DNA of 64,000 nt from Patescibacteria group bacterium (GCA_004322365.1 SCTS01000007.1:18266-82265); one strand, 5' to 3'; positions 19,954 to 30,947 are shown, counted from the first letter of the stretch. Translations and numbers: made by a program. The notes: generated by a model not told the origin, from the letters alone.

Positions 19954-20766
19954 TCAGCTTTTTGGAACAAACATCTTGAGGGCGTTTTGGACGGTAGCCT
20001 CTCTGGCCGTCTCCTCTGAAATGCCCCGAATCGAGGCAATAGCCCCAACTACGTACTTCACATATAAAGGCTCATTTCTTCTCCCCCTAAAAGGGTTCGG
20101 GGTAGCATACGGAGCATCAGTTTCAGTCATGAGCATCTCGAGTGGTGCAAATTTCACTACATCGTCGTATTCACGAGCAAAGGTAAGAACTCCGGTGAAC
20201 GATGTCGTGAAGCCTATGGTGTAAAAACGCCTCGCTATATCAACGGTGCCCACAAAAAAATGAATATTCCCTCGGAGTTTTTCACCTGCCTCTCTTTTTT
20301 TGGACTCCAACATTGCAAGCATGTCGATGTAGGTATCAACGGTACCTCGTGAAGGCCTGCCGTGAATCATTAATGGTTTGTCGTATTTAATTGCAAAATC
20401 CACGTGCTTCTCAAACTCACACATCTGACGCTTCTTCGCAATTGCTATATCGCCTGTAATTCTAAAATAATCTAAACCACACTCCCCTACCCCAACAACT
20501 TTCGGATTCAGAATAAGTGATTTATATTCAGCCTCTGAAAAAGTTTCTGACTCTGTGTCATTGGGATGAAGACCAATCGTTGAAAAGAATCCTTCTTTCC
20601 CTTCCCCAAACTTCACTGAATCTTCTGAAGTCGATTTATTAACTCCTACAGTAATAGTCCACACCGATTCATCCCGCATTCTCTGAAGGACTTCCTCAAG
20701 ATCTTGATCGTAGTCCTTAAAAGTTACGTGGGAGTGAATGTCAAAGTATTTTGGTTTCATATACAC
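19954..20766 (-). CDS. tatD: TatD family nuclease
   Basis: 'FDIHSH', 'GLHP', 'GVGECGLDY', 'ETDAPY...RNEP'. Confidence 0.95.
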   Translation of the reverse strand: MYMKPKYFDIHSHVTFKDYDQDLEEVLQRMRDESVWTITVGVNKSTSEDSVKFGEGKEGFFSTIGLHPNDTESETFSEAEYKSLILNPKVVGVGECGLDYFRITGDIAIAKKRQMCEFEKHVDFAIKYDKPLMIHGRPSRGTVDTYIDMLAMLESKKREAGEKLRGNIHFFVGTVDIARRFYTIGFTTSFTGVLTFAREYDDVVKFAPLEMLMTETDAPYATPNPFRGRRNEPLYVKYVVGAIASIRGISEETAREATVQNALKMFVPKS

Positions 20767-20788
20767 CTACCCCGATTAATCGGGGTAC

Positions 20789-22234
20789 TTAAACGAGACG
20801 TGGAAATAGATTTTCCGGTTTTTTGTTTTCCTTGATTGCGTCGAGAATTTTTTTGCTCGTTTCGGGCATGAAGGGGCCGAGAAGATAGCCAATATTCCAT
20901 ACTTCTGCAGCAAGACCAGCAAGCATAACTCTGCCTTGAGTAGGATCGGATTTGACTACCTTGAAGGGTTCGTCCCGAGTAATACGTTCGTCAGCAATAG
21001 CTATAAGAGAGAAAACTAATTCGAGTGCCTGGTTGAAAGAAAATTCTTCGAGTGCTTTCTTGATTTCTTCTTTTCCCTGTGGCGCTTCGGGTTCAGCAAT
21101 AGGTGCGCTCAGATTATCTGCGCAGAGCTTCATTACACGTGCCACAAGGTTCCCAATCCCATTGGTGAGCCCTGCCGTATACCACTCATCTAATTTCTCC
21201 CATGTAACATCAGTGTCCTCAGTTGAATGCACATGACGGAGCAAGAGATACCGAGTTGCTTCGGTTCCGTATTTTTGAACGAGCTCATACGGGCTAATGA
21301 CATTGCCGATAGACTTCGACATCTTTTGACCACCGGAATTTATAAAGCCGTGATAGAACACTTGGTCAGTATTTTTAATATCTGCAGACATGAGCATCGC
21401 TTGCCACATGAGGGATTGGAAACGCACCTGATCCTTCCCTGCCATCTGGAGCGTGTACCCTTCTTCCCAGAACTTTTTAAAATTTCCACTCTCATCGTTA
21501 GGCCAACCAAGTGTTGAAATGTAACTTGTGAGCGCATCAAACCACACATACATCACTTGAGTATCATCTTCAGGAACAGATACACCCCATGTAAGTCTGC
21601 TTTTCTCTCTGGAAATACTAAAATCTTCTAATCCTTCTTTTACGAAATTAATGGCTTCAATCCTACGCCATTCAGGAACTATGACATTCGATTGATTTAA
21701 ATATTCAAGGAGCTTCTCTTGATACCTTGAGAATTTGAAAAAATAGTTTTCTTCTTTTAAAAGTTGTGGGGCTGTTTTATGAATGTGACAAAGATCATTA
21801 ATGATTTCTTTTTTGGTTAAAAACTTTTCACACCCTACGCAGTACAAACCCTCAAACGGTTTCTTATAAATGTCACCCTTTGCCATACATCGTTTCCACA
21901 TCTCTTCTGCTGCGAGTTTATGATGCGGGCTCGTGGTACGAATAAAATGTAAATCGTCTGATAGTCCCAATGTTCCTTTCAGTTTTTGAAATTCATTTGC
22001 GTAGTAATCAACATATTCTTGAGTACCCTTCCCTGCCTTTTGTGCAGCTTCGTATATTTTCTGTCCGTGCTCATCTGTGCCAGTGGTGAAAAATACCTCC
22101 TCGCCGAGAGACCGTCTAAAGCGAACAAGTGCATCAGCCTGCACGAGCTCTAGCGCAAATCCAATATGAGGATCGGAATTTACATAGGGCAGTGTGGTGG
22201 TGAGATAAAAAGTACGCATCGGACTATCAATCAT
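20789..22234 (-). CDS. metG: methionine--tRNA ligase (short form)
   Basis: 'TTLPYVNSDPHIG', 'GTDEHGQKI', 'YVWFDAL', 'KMSKS'; no C-terminal tRNA-binding domain. Confidence 0.97.
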   Translation of the reverse strand: MIDSPMRTFYLTTTLPYVNSDPHIGFALELVQADALVRFRRSLGEEVFFTTGTDEHGQKIYEAAQKAGKGTQEYVDYYANEFQKLKGTLGLSDDLHFIRTTSPHHKLAAEEMWKRCMAKGDIYKKPFEGLYCVGCEKFLTKKEIINDLCHIHKTAPQLLKEENYFFKFSRYQEKLLEYLNQSNVIVPEWRRIEAINFVKEGLEDFSISREKSRLTWGVSVPEDDTQVMYVWFDALTSYISTLGWPNDESGNFKKFWEEGYTLQMAGKDQVRFQSLMWQAMLMSADIKNTDQVFYHGFINSGGQKMSKSIGNVISPYELVQKYGTEATRYLLLRHVHSTEDTDVTWEKLDEWYTAGLTNGIGNLVARVMKLCADNLSAPIAEPEAPQGKEEIKKALEEFSFNQALELVFSLIAIADERITRDEPFKVVKSDPTQGRVMLAGLAAEVWNIGYLLGPFMPETSKKILDAIKENKKPENLFPRLV

Positions 22235-23289
22235 TTCAACTCAGCGAGTTCACGTGTTTTTGATTTTTCTATATCAGTTACAAATTCCTGAAGTGCAGCC
22301 GCAAGTGGCACAGCAAGAAGTATGCCGTAAAAACCGGCGAGCTGGCCTCCTGCAATCATTGCCAAAATAACCATGAGCGGAGGTACTCCCACTACTCGCT
22401 TCACTACCAAAGGATAAATAAGGTTTGACTGAAGGAGATTAATAACAAGAAAGCCTCCTGCAACAAAGAGTGCGAGCTGGGTTCCTCCTGTTGTTGCTCC
22501 TATGATAACCGCAAGTGTTCCTGAGACGAGCGAACCAAACATAGGGATAATTTCTACACAGGCTGCAAAAATAGCAATAAGAAATGCATACGGCACCTGA
22601 AGAATAGAGAGCCAAAGGTAGCCCAATACACCGATGATAAGGGAAAGAATGAGTTGTCCTTGCATCCAAAGACCAATCTTGTGACGTGATCGCTTCCATA
22701 AATCAAGTGCGTAGTGCTGATGCTTCACTGGTATAACAACCTTGAGAAAATCATCCACACCTGTTTCTTGAAATGCAAAGTAGATCGATAAAATGATTAT
22801 CAAAATAAAAGAGATGATACCGCCAAATATACTGTACACAGCTTGGAGTGCTCCTTGTCCAGTCGGGATAATGAAACTTTGCAATTGTGCTAGAAGTGCT
22901 GCAGAAAATTCGTGAGGAATAAACGGTTGCAACGCACTCACCGTAGAGCCTCCAAAAATACTCTCAATGCGGAGGGAACTCAAGAACTGCGGAAGATCAA
23001 CAATAAACCCTCGTGTCTCTTCAACAAGGGGTGGTAACAAAAGATAAATGATTCCTAAAAATACACCAACAATGAGAGCGTAGATTGATAGCACTGCAAA
23101 AGCTCGTGGGAGCTTCTTTTTCACAAACCAATGCACACCGGGCTCTACGGCTGAAGAGAGAACAATCGCTGTGAGGACAATAAGAACAAGGTCTCTGAGA
23201 AAGAAGAGCAACCATAAGAGTAGACCAATCCACACCACTGTCCAAAAAGAACCTGGGGTGATGTTAATAGTGAGAGGCCGAGTGTCCAT
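22231..23289 (-). CDS. AI-2E family (PerM-like) transporter
   Basis: Multi-TM; 'WMQGQL', 'IIPMFGS', 'LIYPLVV..VGVPPL', 'GILLAVP'. Confidence 0.9.
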   Translation of the reverse strand: MDTRPLTINITPGSFWTVVWIGLLLWLLFFLRDLVLIVLTAIVLSSAVEPGVHWFVKKKLPRAFAVLSIYALIVGVFLGIIYLLLPPLVEETRGFIVDLPQFLSSLRIESIFGGSTVSALQPFIPHEFSAALLAQLQSFIIPTGQGALQAVYSIFGGIISFILIIILSIYFAFQETGVDDFLKVVIPVKHQHYALDLWKRSRHKIGLWMQGQLILSLIIGVLGYLWLSILQVPYAFLIAIFAACVEIIPMFGSLVSGTLAVIIGATTGGTQLALFVAGGFLVINLLQSNLIYPLVVKRVVGVPPLMVILAMIAGGQLAGFYGILLAVPLAAALQEFVTDIEKSKTRELAELK

Positions 23290-23309
23290 GTGGCTATTCT
23301 AGCACCACT

Positions 23310-24647
23310 CTATTGTAGATACAGGGATACACCTCCTGCCACCATTTCTATTGCCGTATCGATAGGCATTCGCTCTTGTGAGCCAGTGTCTCTATTTCGC
23401 ACCGTAACAGTATCTTTTTGTTCAGGGTTTTCGCCGAGAGTATCGAAATCAATAGTAATACACCACGGTGTACCTATCTCATCTTGTCTACGATAGCGCT
23501 TACCAATGTTGCCATTATCGTCCCACATAACCTGAGGTACCTTCTTTTTAAGTGCCGTGTATACTTCTCGCGCTTTCTCTACAAGCTCTGGCTTATTCTT
23601 CAAAAGAGGAAACACCGCGGCTTTAATGGGAGCTATGTGAGATGGAAACGCAAGGTAAACACGCGTATCATCCCCCGTCACATCTTCCTTATACGCACTC
23701 GCGAGAATTGCGAGCACAGTACGGTCAACACCAAGCGATGGCTCAATTACATGAGGAGTAATTTTTGCGCCTTCTCCATCAGAATATTTCAACTCAACAG
23801 TTGAACCTTTTTCGTGCGCAGAAAGATCAAAGTCACCACGATACGCCAACCCCCAGAGCTCACCTCGCCCAAAAGGAAAATCAAATTCAAAATCGATTGT
23901 CTTTTTACTGTAGTGTGCCAAATCCCCTGCTTCTATATCTTTAGAATGAAAGGAATCCATTGATAAACCGCACGCTTCCGCAAAGTGCACCATATCTTTT
24001 CTCCATTCCTCAAAAGCACCCTCCCATGAATTTTCATTAACAAAGTATTCAAGTTCCATCTGCTCAAACTCTCTTGAACGAAATACAAAGTCGCGTGGTG
24101 CAATTTCATTCCTAAATGCCTTCCCAATTTGCGCTATACCAAACGGTAGCTTTGGATGAAATGTATCAATGATATTTTTAAAATTAACAAAAATTCCTCC
24201 CGCTGTTTCAGGCCGAAGATACACCACTGACGATTCATCTTCGGTGGCACCTGCGTGTGTCTTGAACATCATGTTGAACTGGCGCGCTTCGCCGAGCTCA
24301 CCCCCACACTCAGGACACTTCTTCCCACCTTCAAGATGATCGGCACGAAAACGTCGTTTACATTTTTTACATTCAACCAATGGGTCTGAGAAACCAGAAA
24401 CATGTCCTGACGCTTCCCACGCTTTTGAATTCATTAAAATTGCAGCATCAACTCCATACACATCATCACGACTATCAACAAACATCCTCCACCAAAGATT
24501 CTTTACATTATTCTTCAGCGCAACACCTAACGGGCCGTAGTCGTAGGTACCCGAAAGACCTCCATATATCTCCGAGCCTGGAAAAATAAAACCTCGTCGC
24601 TTTGCAAGCGATGTAATCTTCTCCATCAGTCCTTCTTCTTTTTGCAT
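23310..24647 (-). CDS. glyQS: glycine--tRNA ligase, alpha2 type
   Basis: 'KRRGFIFPGSEIYGG', 'YLRPETAGG', 'FRNEI', 'IGKRYRRQDEIGTP'. Confidence 0.97.
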   Translation of the reverse strand: MQKEEGLMEKITSLAKRRGFIFPGSEIYGGLSGTYDYGPLGVALKNNVKNLWWRMFVDSRDDVYGVDAAILMNSKAWEASGHVSGFSDPLVECKKCKRRFRADHLEGGKKCPECGGELGEARQFNMMFKTHAGATEDESSVVYLRPETAGGIFVNFKNIIDTFHPKLPFGIAQIGKAFRNEIAPRDFVFRSREFEQMELEYFVNENSWEGAFEEWRKDMVHFAEACGLSMDSFHSKDIEAGDLAHYSKKTIDFEFDFPFGRGELWGLAYRGDFDLSAHEKGSTVELKYSDGEGAKITPHVIEPSLGVDRTVLAILASAYKEDVTGDDTRVYLAFPSHIAPIKAAVFPLLKNKPELVEKAREVYTALKKKVPQVMWDDNGNIGKRYRRQDEIGTPWCITIDFDTLGENPEQKDTVTVRNRDTGSQERMPIDTAIEMVAGGVSLYLQ

Positions 24648-24685
24648 TGAATGATTGTATCCTCCCTGAAAGCTGAAAGCTATAT

Positions 24686-26539
24686 CTACGGCACCACAAC
24701 GCCTCCGCTCGGTACGCCTGAAGCTGAGCCTGTTGTTAGTGGTCCTGCTGTAGCCTCAATCTGACCTCTTACAAATCGATCATAGGCAGACACTCGCTGA
24801 CTACCGACTATCGTTGGTACATTTCCTACTTGAGTGAGAGACGGAGTCATTCCTACTTTGAATGAAGCATTTTTTGTTTGCCCCCCTGCCACATCTCCAA
24901 TAGTCCAAGTGACAATACGGCCAGAGGCATTGAAAGAGATATTTGACCCAGCTTCGGGCGCAATGAAACGCACATAACTTGGCAATATCGCGCTCACAGA
25001 AGTATTAGCTAATGCATTGGCCGAATTCAAAACGATCCAGGTGACAGTGTAGGTTGTCTCCTTATCGGCCTTTGGCGATACAGGTCCCGCCATATTCGTT
25101 ATTGATGGAGAAAGCTTCACATCCGTTGCAACAACGGCATTTGTTGTAGCGGATGACTTAACGATAACGGGAACATTTGATTCACTCTGTCGCTCTGCCT
25201 CCACGTTGACCGACAGACGCACCGTCGAATTTTTAAAGTCACCCTTATCTAAAGGAAGTGTCTTGAATGAAAACGAAAGTGTCTCCGAGTCCCCTGGAGC
25301 AACATTTGAAAGATTTGGATTAGTTGCCTTACTCCAAAGTATTGAGGAATTATTTGAACTATAGAATCCTTTTTCTGCTTGCACCGTACTTCGATCTAAA
25401 ATAGCTCCATCTAAGGTAAGTGTGATAGCAACATTTTGAACCTTCACTGGAAGGTTGTTTGTCCATGTCACCTGCCCTCGCACTTCTCGTCCACGAATAA
25501 TTGTATGTGTGTCAGAAGTAGAACCTTCAAGCGAAAGTGCAACGGAAACGAAAGGCTTTGTTACGGTAAGTGAAAGTTCAGATGCCGCGAGCGGAGCTAT
25601 GATTGCATCACTATTATCTATCTTCTGAGTTCCCGTATTAAAACGAAGTACCCTGCTCTCGCCATCTTCACCAACAAAAACACCTTTCACTTCCACGGTG
25701 CGTGTACCGCCTGCTTCTATGTCTCCAAGTGCCCACGATGCAGTACCTACCGTAGGCGCTGGCTTTGAAGATTCAAAAGAAAAGCCCGGAGGATAATTTG
25801 CGACAAGAAGCATGTCTTTCAAAACCCCTGGAGCATTCGATACTACCGACACGGAGAATGTGACAGGTTGTCCTGATACTGCCTCCTTGAGGGCATCAAT
25901 AGTAATAGATGCCGGTGACTGATTAACTTTTGTCACATACGTAGTTTCGCTCACGAAAATAGCATTCGAAGAAGGTACACGATATTCCGCCGAAGCTTTG
26001 ATGGAGAGATCCTGTCCTGACTCACCAAAAACAACAGCACGGATTGTACGATTAATACTCTCACCGGATTTAATAGTCCCTAGCGACTCTCGAATGCGTG
26101 GAAGTTCACGAGAAATATCTGTATCTGACCGCGTACCTGCGGGGAACTCTATAATTAAGTCAGTGAGTTCCATCGGCACAGCGTTTCTGTTTGTTATAAC
26201 AACCTGCAAAGAAAGTGTGCTCCCGGCACCAATTTCTGTCGGACCAGTCACCTGAACATCAACGTTCTTAGTTGAGATTGTGTTATTGCCAGCAAACAAA
26301 ATTACTCCTGCGACTGCAACAGCGAGAAAGAAAAAGATGACCGAGCCACCAAAAAGTATTTCAGGGATCTTCATACGTCGCCCCTTTGGCCTAGTCGATG
26401 CATCGCCCCCTTCCTGTTTCTGCCACCCCTTAGGAGCACGCGAACTGCGTGAGAAAAGAGTTGAGCGATGAATGCTTCCATCGACTAACCCGCTGTCTAG
26501 TTTTTTTGAAAGATTTTCGAGTGCACCGTTGTCAGACAT
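24686..26539 (-). CDS. membrane-anchored multi-Ig/DUF11-like protein
   Basis: One TM helix then repeated beta-sandwich modules ('W.LGDIEAG', 'WTIGDVAGG'). Confidence 0.7.
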   Translation of the reverse strand: MSDNGALENLSKKLDSGLVDGSIHRSTLFSRSSRAPKGWQKQEGGDASTRPKGRRMKIPEILFGGSVIFFFLAVAVAGVILFAGNNTISTKNVDVQVTGPTEIGAGSTLSLQVVITNRNAVPMELTDLIIEFPAGTRSDTDISRELPRIRESLGTIKSGESINRTIRAVVFGESGQDLSIKASAEYRVPSSNAIFVSETTYVTKVNQSPASITIDALKEAVSGQPVTFSVSVVSNAPGVLKDMLLVANYPPGFSFESSKPAPTVGTASWALGDIEAGGTRTVEVKGVFVGEDGESRVLRFNTGTQKIDNSDAIIAPLAASELSLTVTKPFVSVALSLEGSTSDTHTIIRGREVRGQVTWTNNLPVKVQNVAITLTLDGAILDRSTVQAEKGFYSSNNSSILWSKATNPNLSNVAPGDSETLSFSFKTLPLDKGDFKNSTVRLSVNVEAERQSESNVPVIVKSSATTNAVVATDVKLSPSITNMAGPVSPKADKETTYTVTWIVLNSANALANTSVSAILPSYVRFIAPEAGSNISFNASGRIVTWTIGDVAGGQTKNASFKVGMTPSLTQVGNVPTIVGSQRVSAYDRFVRGQIEATAGPLTTGSASGVPSGGVVVP

Positions 26540-26654
26540 ACTGAACAGCTTAGCAGGTTATAGGTTATAGGTTCCAGTTTTTAATAGGGACAAAAAGAGA
26601 TTTCTTCGCTTTTCTATTCCCTATAACCTAAAACCTCGCACCTAGAACCTGACC

Positions 26655-27239
26655 TCAAAGTCCACTCTCAGAAATAGCTTCGTTAATAAGGCGAACAAGT
26701 GTATTGCGAGATTCACGCACTGCTTTCAAAGTCGGCATATCGTACGAAATATCTAAAAATAACTTCATTATGGGATCCTCCCGCACATACCCTAACGCTG
26801 CGAGTACCCGAAGCACCGCAACGCATTCCGCTTCAAGTACATACTCCTCATCGATGTTCGGAAGAATGCGAAAGAATCCAAACAGTGCACTAAAAAGATA
26901 TGGATCACTGCCTTCTCCCCGAATAAACTGCCTAACTATTGTGATAACACGGGCCGTAACTTCTTGAGCTTTTGTATTACCTGAAAGCGCAAAGTGAGAA
27001 TTCTCAGTTTTTGTAGCGCCGATAACACGCCACACATCACGACCTTTCACCAACACAAAAACGCCCGTTGTCCCAACCTGTAGGTGCGGGCGAAGCTTTG
27101 ATCGCTCTTCACGGGCACTTTTAGCGAGAGCAGAAACAAGTCCTAACGAGTCCGTATATATAGAAATACGCACACTACCCTCTCCGGCTGAGCGCCTAGC
27201 AACTATAATCCCTCGAGCTGTTACTTCACGAACGGACAT
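26655..27239 (-). CDS. recO: DNA repair protein RecO-like
   Basis: 'GEGSVRISIYTDSLGLVSALAKSAREERSKLRPHLQ' RecO N-terminal OB motif. Confidence 0.85.
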   Translation of the reverse strand: MSVREVTARGIIVARRSAGEGSVRISIYTDSLGLVSALAKSAREERSKLRPHLQVGTTGVFVLVKGRDVWRVIGATKTENSHFALSGNTKAQEVTARVITIVRQFIRGEGSDPYLFSALFGFFRILPNIDEEYVLEAECVAVLRVLAALGYVREDPIMKLFLDISYDMPTLKAVRESRNTLVRLINEAISESGL

Positions 27240-30200
27240 TGAACCTAAATGTCATTCCATCAAACACCAATTCACTAGTGCCACCGCCAATCTCATACGC
27301 TGACAACTTAGCGGTGGTACTGAGTACCTCCCAGTGTTTCTCCAAAAACCTTTCAACTTCTGCATCAGAGGAAACAACGAGTATTGCGGGGTCGTGCGGT
27401 GTAAGACCCGCGCCCTTACGAAGTTCTTGTATAAAGCGTAGGACCTCTCGTACATTTCCCTCTTCCTTCAGAGCATCAGAAATACTTGTGTCGAGGAGTA
27501 CCTCTCCTTTCGCCACAGACTCATCAATCACCACCTCCTTCACATTTAACTCATCTTTAATAAGTTCTAAAAGTTCTCCCTTTCCTGAAAGCTCCGAGCT
27601 GAAAGCTGAAAGTTTCTGAAGTGGTTGTCTCACCTTTATATCCGCCCTCTGCCGAGCTTCTAATCCCAATGAAACAATGCGTCGCACCTCCTCCATGTCG
27701 TGAAGCAGTTTCTCATCAATCGAATCTATATGAGGCCAAACACACAAGTGCACACTTAGGGGTGCGCCACTCTTTTTAACTTTTTGATATGCGTACTCAG
27801 CAGTAAATGGAATGAATGGCGCCGACACTTTTGTAAATTCTTCGATAATCGTTCGGAATGTTCGAAGTGCGTCCCCTGTATTTGAACCACCCTCTTTTAA
27901 ACGATCCCGCGAACGCCTCAGATACCATGTTGAAAAATCTTCAACAAACGAAAGTAAGGGGCGTGTCGCCTTATCAAGCTCATACGATTCCATTCCTGCG
28001 GTGACCTCTACAACCGTTTGATTCAAGCACGCAACTATCCACCTATCAAGCACATGCTCAGATGAACGAGCCTTCAGGTCATTCACAGTGAGGTCAGCGT
28101 AGAGCTCGTAGAAAGAAAGCACATTGAGGAATCTGCCAATAAGTTTTGAGGCAATTTCCCCCACCCCTTTTTCAGAGAAGTTCAAATCTTCCGCACGCAT
28201 CAACGGCGAAGCTAGGAGGTAATAACGGATAGCATCAGCGCCATATTTCTCTAATACGGTGACTGGATCAGGGTAATTTTTCAAACGTTTCGACATCTTT
28301 TGCCCATCTTCTGCCAAAACAATACCGTTCACAATTACATTCTTATAGGTTGCTCTGCCAAAAAGTCCGACACCTAAAACGAGGAGCGAATAAAACCAAC
28401 CCCTTGTTTGGTCTAATCCCTCAGCAATAAAATCCGCTGGGTAGCCACGAGATTTCTTGAGCCACCCCGGCTTCGGGTCGAACCTGTCTTTGTTTTCGAA
28501 TGGATAATGATTCTGAGCATACGACATTGAGCCCGACTCAAACCAGCAATCAAAAACATCATGTACACGCTCCAACCTTGTACCATCGGTGTCTATAAGC
28601 ACCACGTCATCGATGTATGGACGGTGATAATCGAGTTCATAATTTTTATTATGAGGGAGAGGAATGAAAGGAAGACTAACTATCTCGGCTGGCTTGAGCA
28701 TCGCGTGGTCGGCAAGAACAGATAGTGCTTCTTTTGCAGTGCTTCCTTTTGAAACTGCCACGAGTGCAGCTACTGGCCAGCCATGAGAAACAAACAATAT
28801 ATTTTTTCCTGCATATTTGTGTTCACATTCATAGAGAAGCGCTCCAACGCGACGACGCATATCATTAATGCTTTCGCCTTCTTCAGGACCTTTTTCAAAA
28901 AGTGGTGCTATTTCCTTAAAATGCTCTGCCCACTCACTGTCGGGACGACCATTGAAGACACCGTGATTGTATTCATTCAAACGTGAATCAGTCGATACAG
29001 CCGACACTTCAAGACCAAGAGTTTCTCGTGCTATCTCAGCAGTTTGTGTTGCCCTCAGAAGCTCCGAATGGATAATGATATCTATGTGTACTCCTAAATT
29101 TTGAGTAGATTTTTTTGCCTCCGCCTTTCCTTTTTCAGTAAGAGAGACGCCATCATCAGGCTTATAACTTATGACTTTTTTAACATTCTTCTCTGACTCT
29201 CCGTGACGCATTGCAAAATATGTATTGCCTGATTTTTTCGTGTATGACTTTAGTTCATCCAGTGAGCCAATAAAAACATTCTCTTTAGCCTTGTGGTTAC
29301 GCCACACGGGAATTGGTGCACCCCAATACCGAGCACGTGAAATTGCCCAATCCCGGGCATTGAGAAGCCAATTTCCGAACCTCTTCTCCCCTACTTCTTT
29401 GGGCACCCAATTAATGTTTTTATTTTCCGCTACAAGTTTGTTTTTAAACTTCGTGACTTCCACAAACCACGACGACGAAGCGTAATTTAACAACGGAGTA
29501 TCACACCGCCAACAATGCGGATACGAGTGTATTATTTTTTCTTTAGCAAAGAGCAATCCTTTTCCTGCAAGATATTTAATGACCGCAACATCTGTGGATT
29601 GCGAATCGTCTTTCGGTTTCGCCTGAAGTCCTTTGAAATCTGAAACGACATCGACAAAAAACCCATCCTTATCGACGTGATGCACTATCGGAATCCCTTC
29701 TTTTTGTGCGAGCTCTAAGTCTTCTGCACCAAACGCAGGAGCAAGATGCACTAACCCTGTTCCACTATCCATCGTCACATACGGAGCGTGATACACCTTC
29801 CATGCTTTTTCTTTGCCTTTTATATTGTGATCAGCAAAATACGAAAACGGAGGCTTGTATGATTTACCAACAAGTTCACTCCCAAGAAATTCTTTTTCTA
29901 CTTCATAGTCAACTTTAATTACTTCCAATCTGTCTTTAGCGAGAATGTATTTTTCATTTCCTGAGACAATTTTTACATAGGTCATATCTTTATGAACTGC
30001 AGCAGCCATGTTGCCAGGCAAGGTCCACGGCGTTGTTGTCCACGCAAGAAGAAAAGTTCCGGGTTCATCAACAAGCTCAAGTTTTGCGGTGACAGAAATA
30101 TCGGTAATGTCTTTGTATCCTTGCGCTACTTCAAAGTTAGAGAGCGTGGTGCCACAACGAGGGCACAAATGCATCGCTTTAAATCCTTCATATACCAATC

Positions 30201-30714
30201 CCTTTTTATGAAGATCATTAAATGCCCACCATACGCTTTCGGTGTAGGTGGCATCCATCGTCCTATAGTCATTCTCCATATCTACCCATCTACCGAAACG
30301 AGGAATGATAGCTTTCCAGTCATCCGAATAACGGAGGACTGCTTTGCGAGCCGCTTCATTAAATGTCGCAACCCCTAGAGTTTCAATATCTCGTTTCGTT
30401 GCAAGTCCGAGCTCTTTCTCTATCTGATTCTCTAGAGGTAATCCATGGCAATCCCAACCCCAACGGCGTGGTACATGGTAGCCCTGCATCGTTTTGTAAC
30501 GCGGGATAGCATCTTTAATGGTGCCCGCGAGAATGTGACCGTAATGTGGCAAACCTGTGGCAAATGGAGGACCATCATAAAAAACAAACTCTCCCTTTGG
30601 AGCCTCTTTGGAAAGGGTTTTTTCAAAAATCTCGTTTTTTTGCCAAAAAGCTAGGATTTCTTCCTCACGCTTGGCAGGCTCGCTTTTAGTATCTGCATCC
30701 ATAAACTTCATCAC
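27226..30714 (-). CDS. ileS: isoleucine--tRNA ligase type 2 with inserted histidine-phosphatase domain
   Basis: 'FYDGPPFATGLPHYGH', 'GWDCHGLP', 'WTTTPWTLP', 'KMSKR'; internal 'RHGESEKN...VSHG' domain. Confidence 0.97.
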   Translation of the reverse strand: MMKFMDADTKSEPAKREEEILAFWQKNEIFEKTLSKEAPKGEFVFYDGPPFATGLPHYGHILAGTIKDAIPRYKTMQGYHVPRRWGWDCHGLPLENQIEKELGLATKRDIETLGVATFNEAARKAVLRYSDDWKAIIPRFGRWVDMENDYRTMDATYTESVWWAFNDLHKKGLVYEGFKAMHLCPRCGTTLSNFEVAQGYKDITDISVTAKLELVDEPGTFLLAWTTTPWTLPGNMAAAVHKDMTYVKIVSGNEKYILAKDRLEVIKVDYEVEKEFLGSELVGKSYKPPFSYFADHNIKGKEKAWKVYHAPYVTMDSGTGLVHLAPAFGAEDLELAQKEGIPIVHHVDKDGFFVDVVSDFKGLQAKPKDDSQSTDVAVIKYLAGKGLLFAKEKIIHSYPHCWRCDTPLLNYASSSWFVEVTKFKNKLVAENKNINWVPKEVGEKRFGNWLLNARDWAISRARYWGAPIPVWRNHKAKENVFIGSLDELKSYTKKSGNTYFAMRHGESEKNVKKVISYKPDDGVSLTEKGKAEAKKSTQNLGVHIDIIIHSELLRATQTAEIARETLGLEVSAVSTDSRLNEYNHGVFNGRPDSEWAEHFKEIAPLFEKGPEEGESINDMRRRVGALLYECEHKYAGKNILFVSHGWPVAALVAVSKGSTAKEALSVLADHAMLKPAEIVSLPFIPLPHNKNYELDYHRPYIDDVVLIDTDGTRLERVHDVFDCWFESGSMSYAQNHYPFENKDRFDPKPGWLKKSRGYPADFIAEGLDQTRGWFYSLLVLGVGLFGRATYKNVIVNGIVLAEDGQKMSKRLKNYPDPVTVLEKYGADAIRYYLLASPLMRAEDLNFSEKGVGEIASKLIGRFLNVLSFYELYADLTVNDLKARSSEHVLDRWIVACLNQTVVEVTAGMESYELDKATRPLLSFVEDFSTWYLRRSRDRLKEGGSNTGDALRTFRTIIEEFTKVSAPFIPFTAEYAYQKVKKSGAPLSVHLCVWPHIDSIDEKLLHDMEEVRRIVSLGLEARQRADIKVRQPLQKLSAFSSELSGKGELLELIKDELNVKEVVIDESVAKGEVLLDTSISDALKEEGNVREVLRFIQELRKGAGLTPHDPAILVVSSDAEVERFLEKHWEVLSTTAKLSAYEIGGGTSELVFDGMTFRFNVRS

Positions 30715-30756
30715 ATACTAACATTGTCACCCAACAGTAATTCAATAGGAGAATAT

Positions 30757-30936
30757 TTAGCCCTGTCTCACTCTCCCACTACCGTCACACCGTATGCAAG
30801 ATTTTTCTTCAAAAACATTGCGTAACCCAAGTGCAGCAAGGAGCTCTTTACCCATTCCACTACAAGAAGGACACGGCTGAGTTGTTTCACTATAATCTCT
30901 ATAATTAAATGATGTTGTTGGTTGGCTTTCGGACAT
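30757..30936 (-). CDS. 59-aa zinc-finger mini-protein with two CxxCxGxG motifs
   Basis: Manual translation: MSESQPTTSFNYRDYSETTQPCPSCSGMGKELLAALGLRNVFEEKSCIRCDGSGRVRQG. Confidence 0.7.
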   Translation of the reverse strand: MSESQPTTSFNYRDYSETTQPCPSCSGMGKELLAALGLRNVFEEKSCIRCDGSGRVRQG

Positions 30937-30947
30937 ATATTTTAGTT

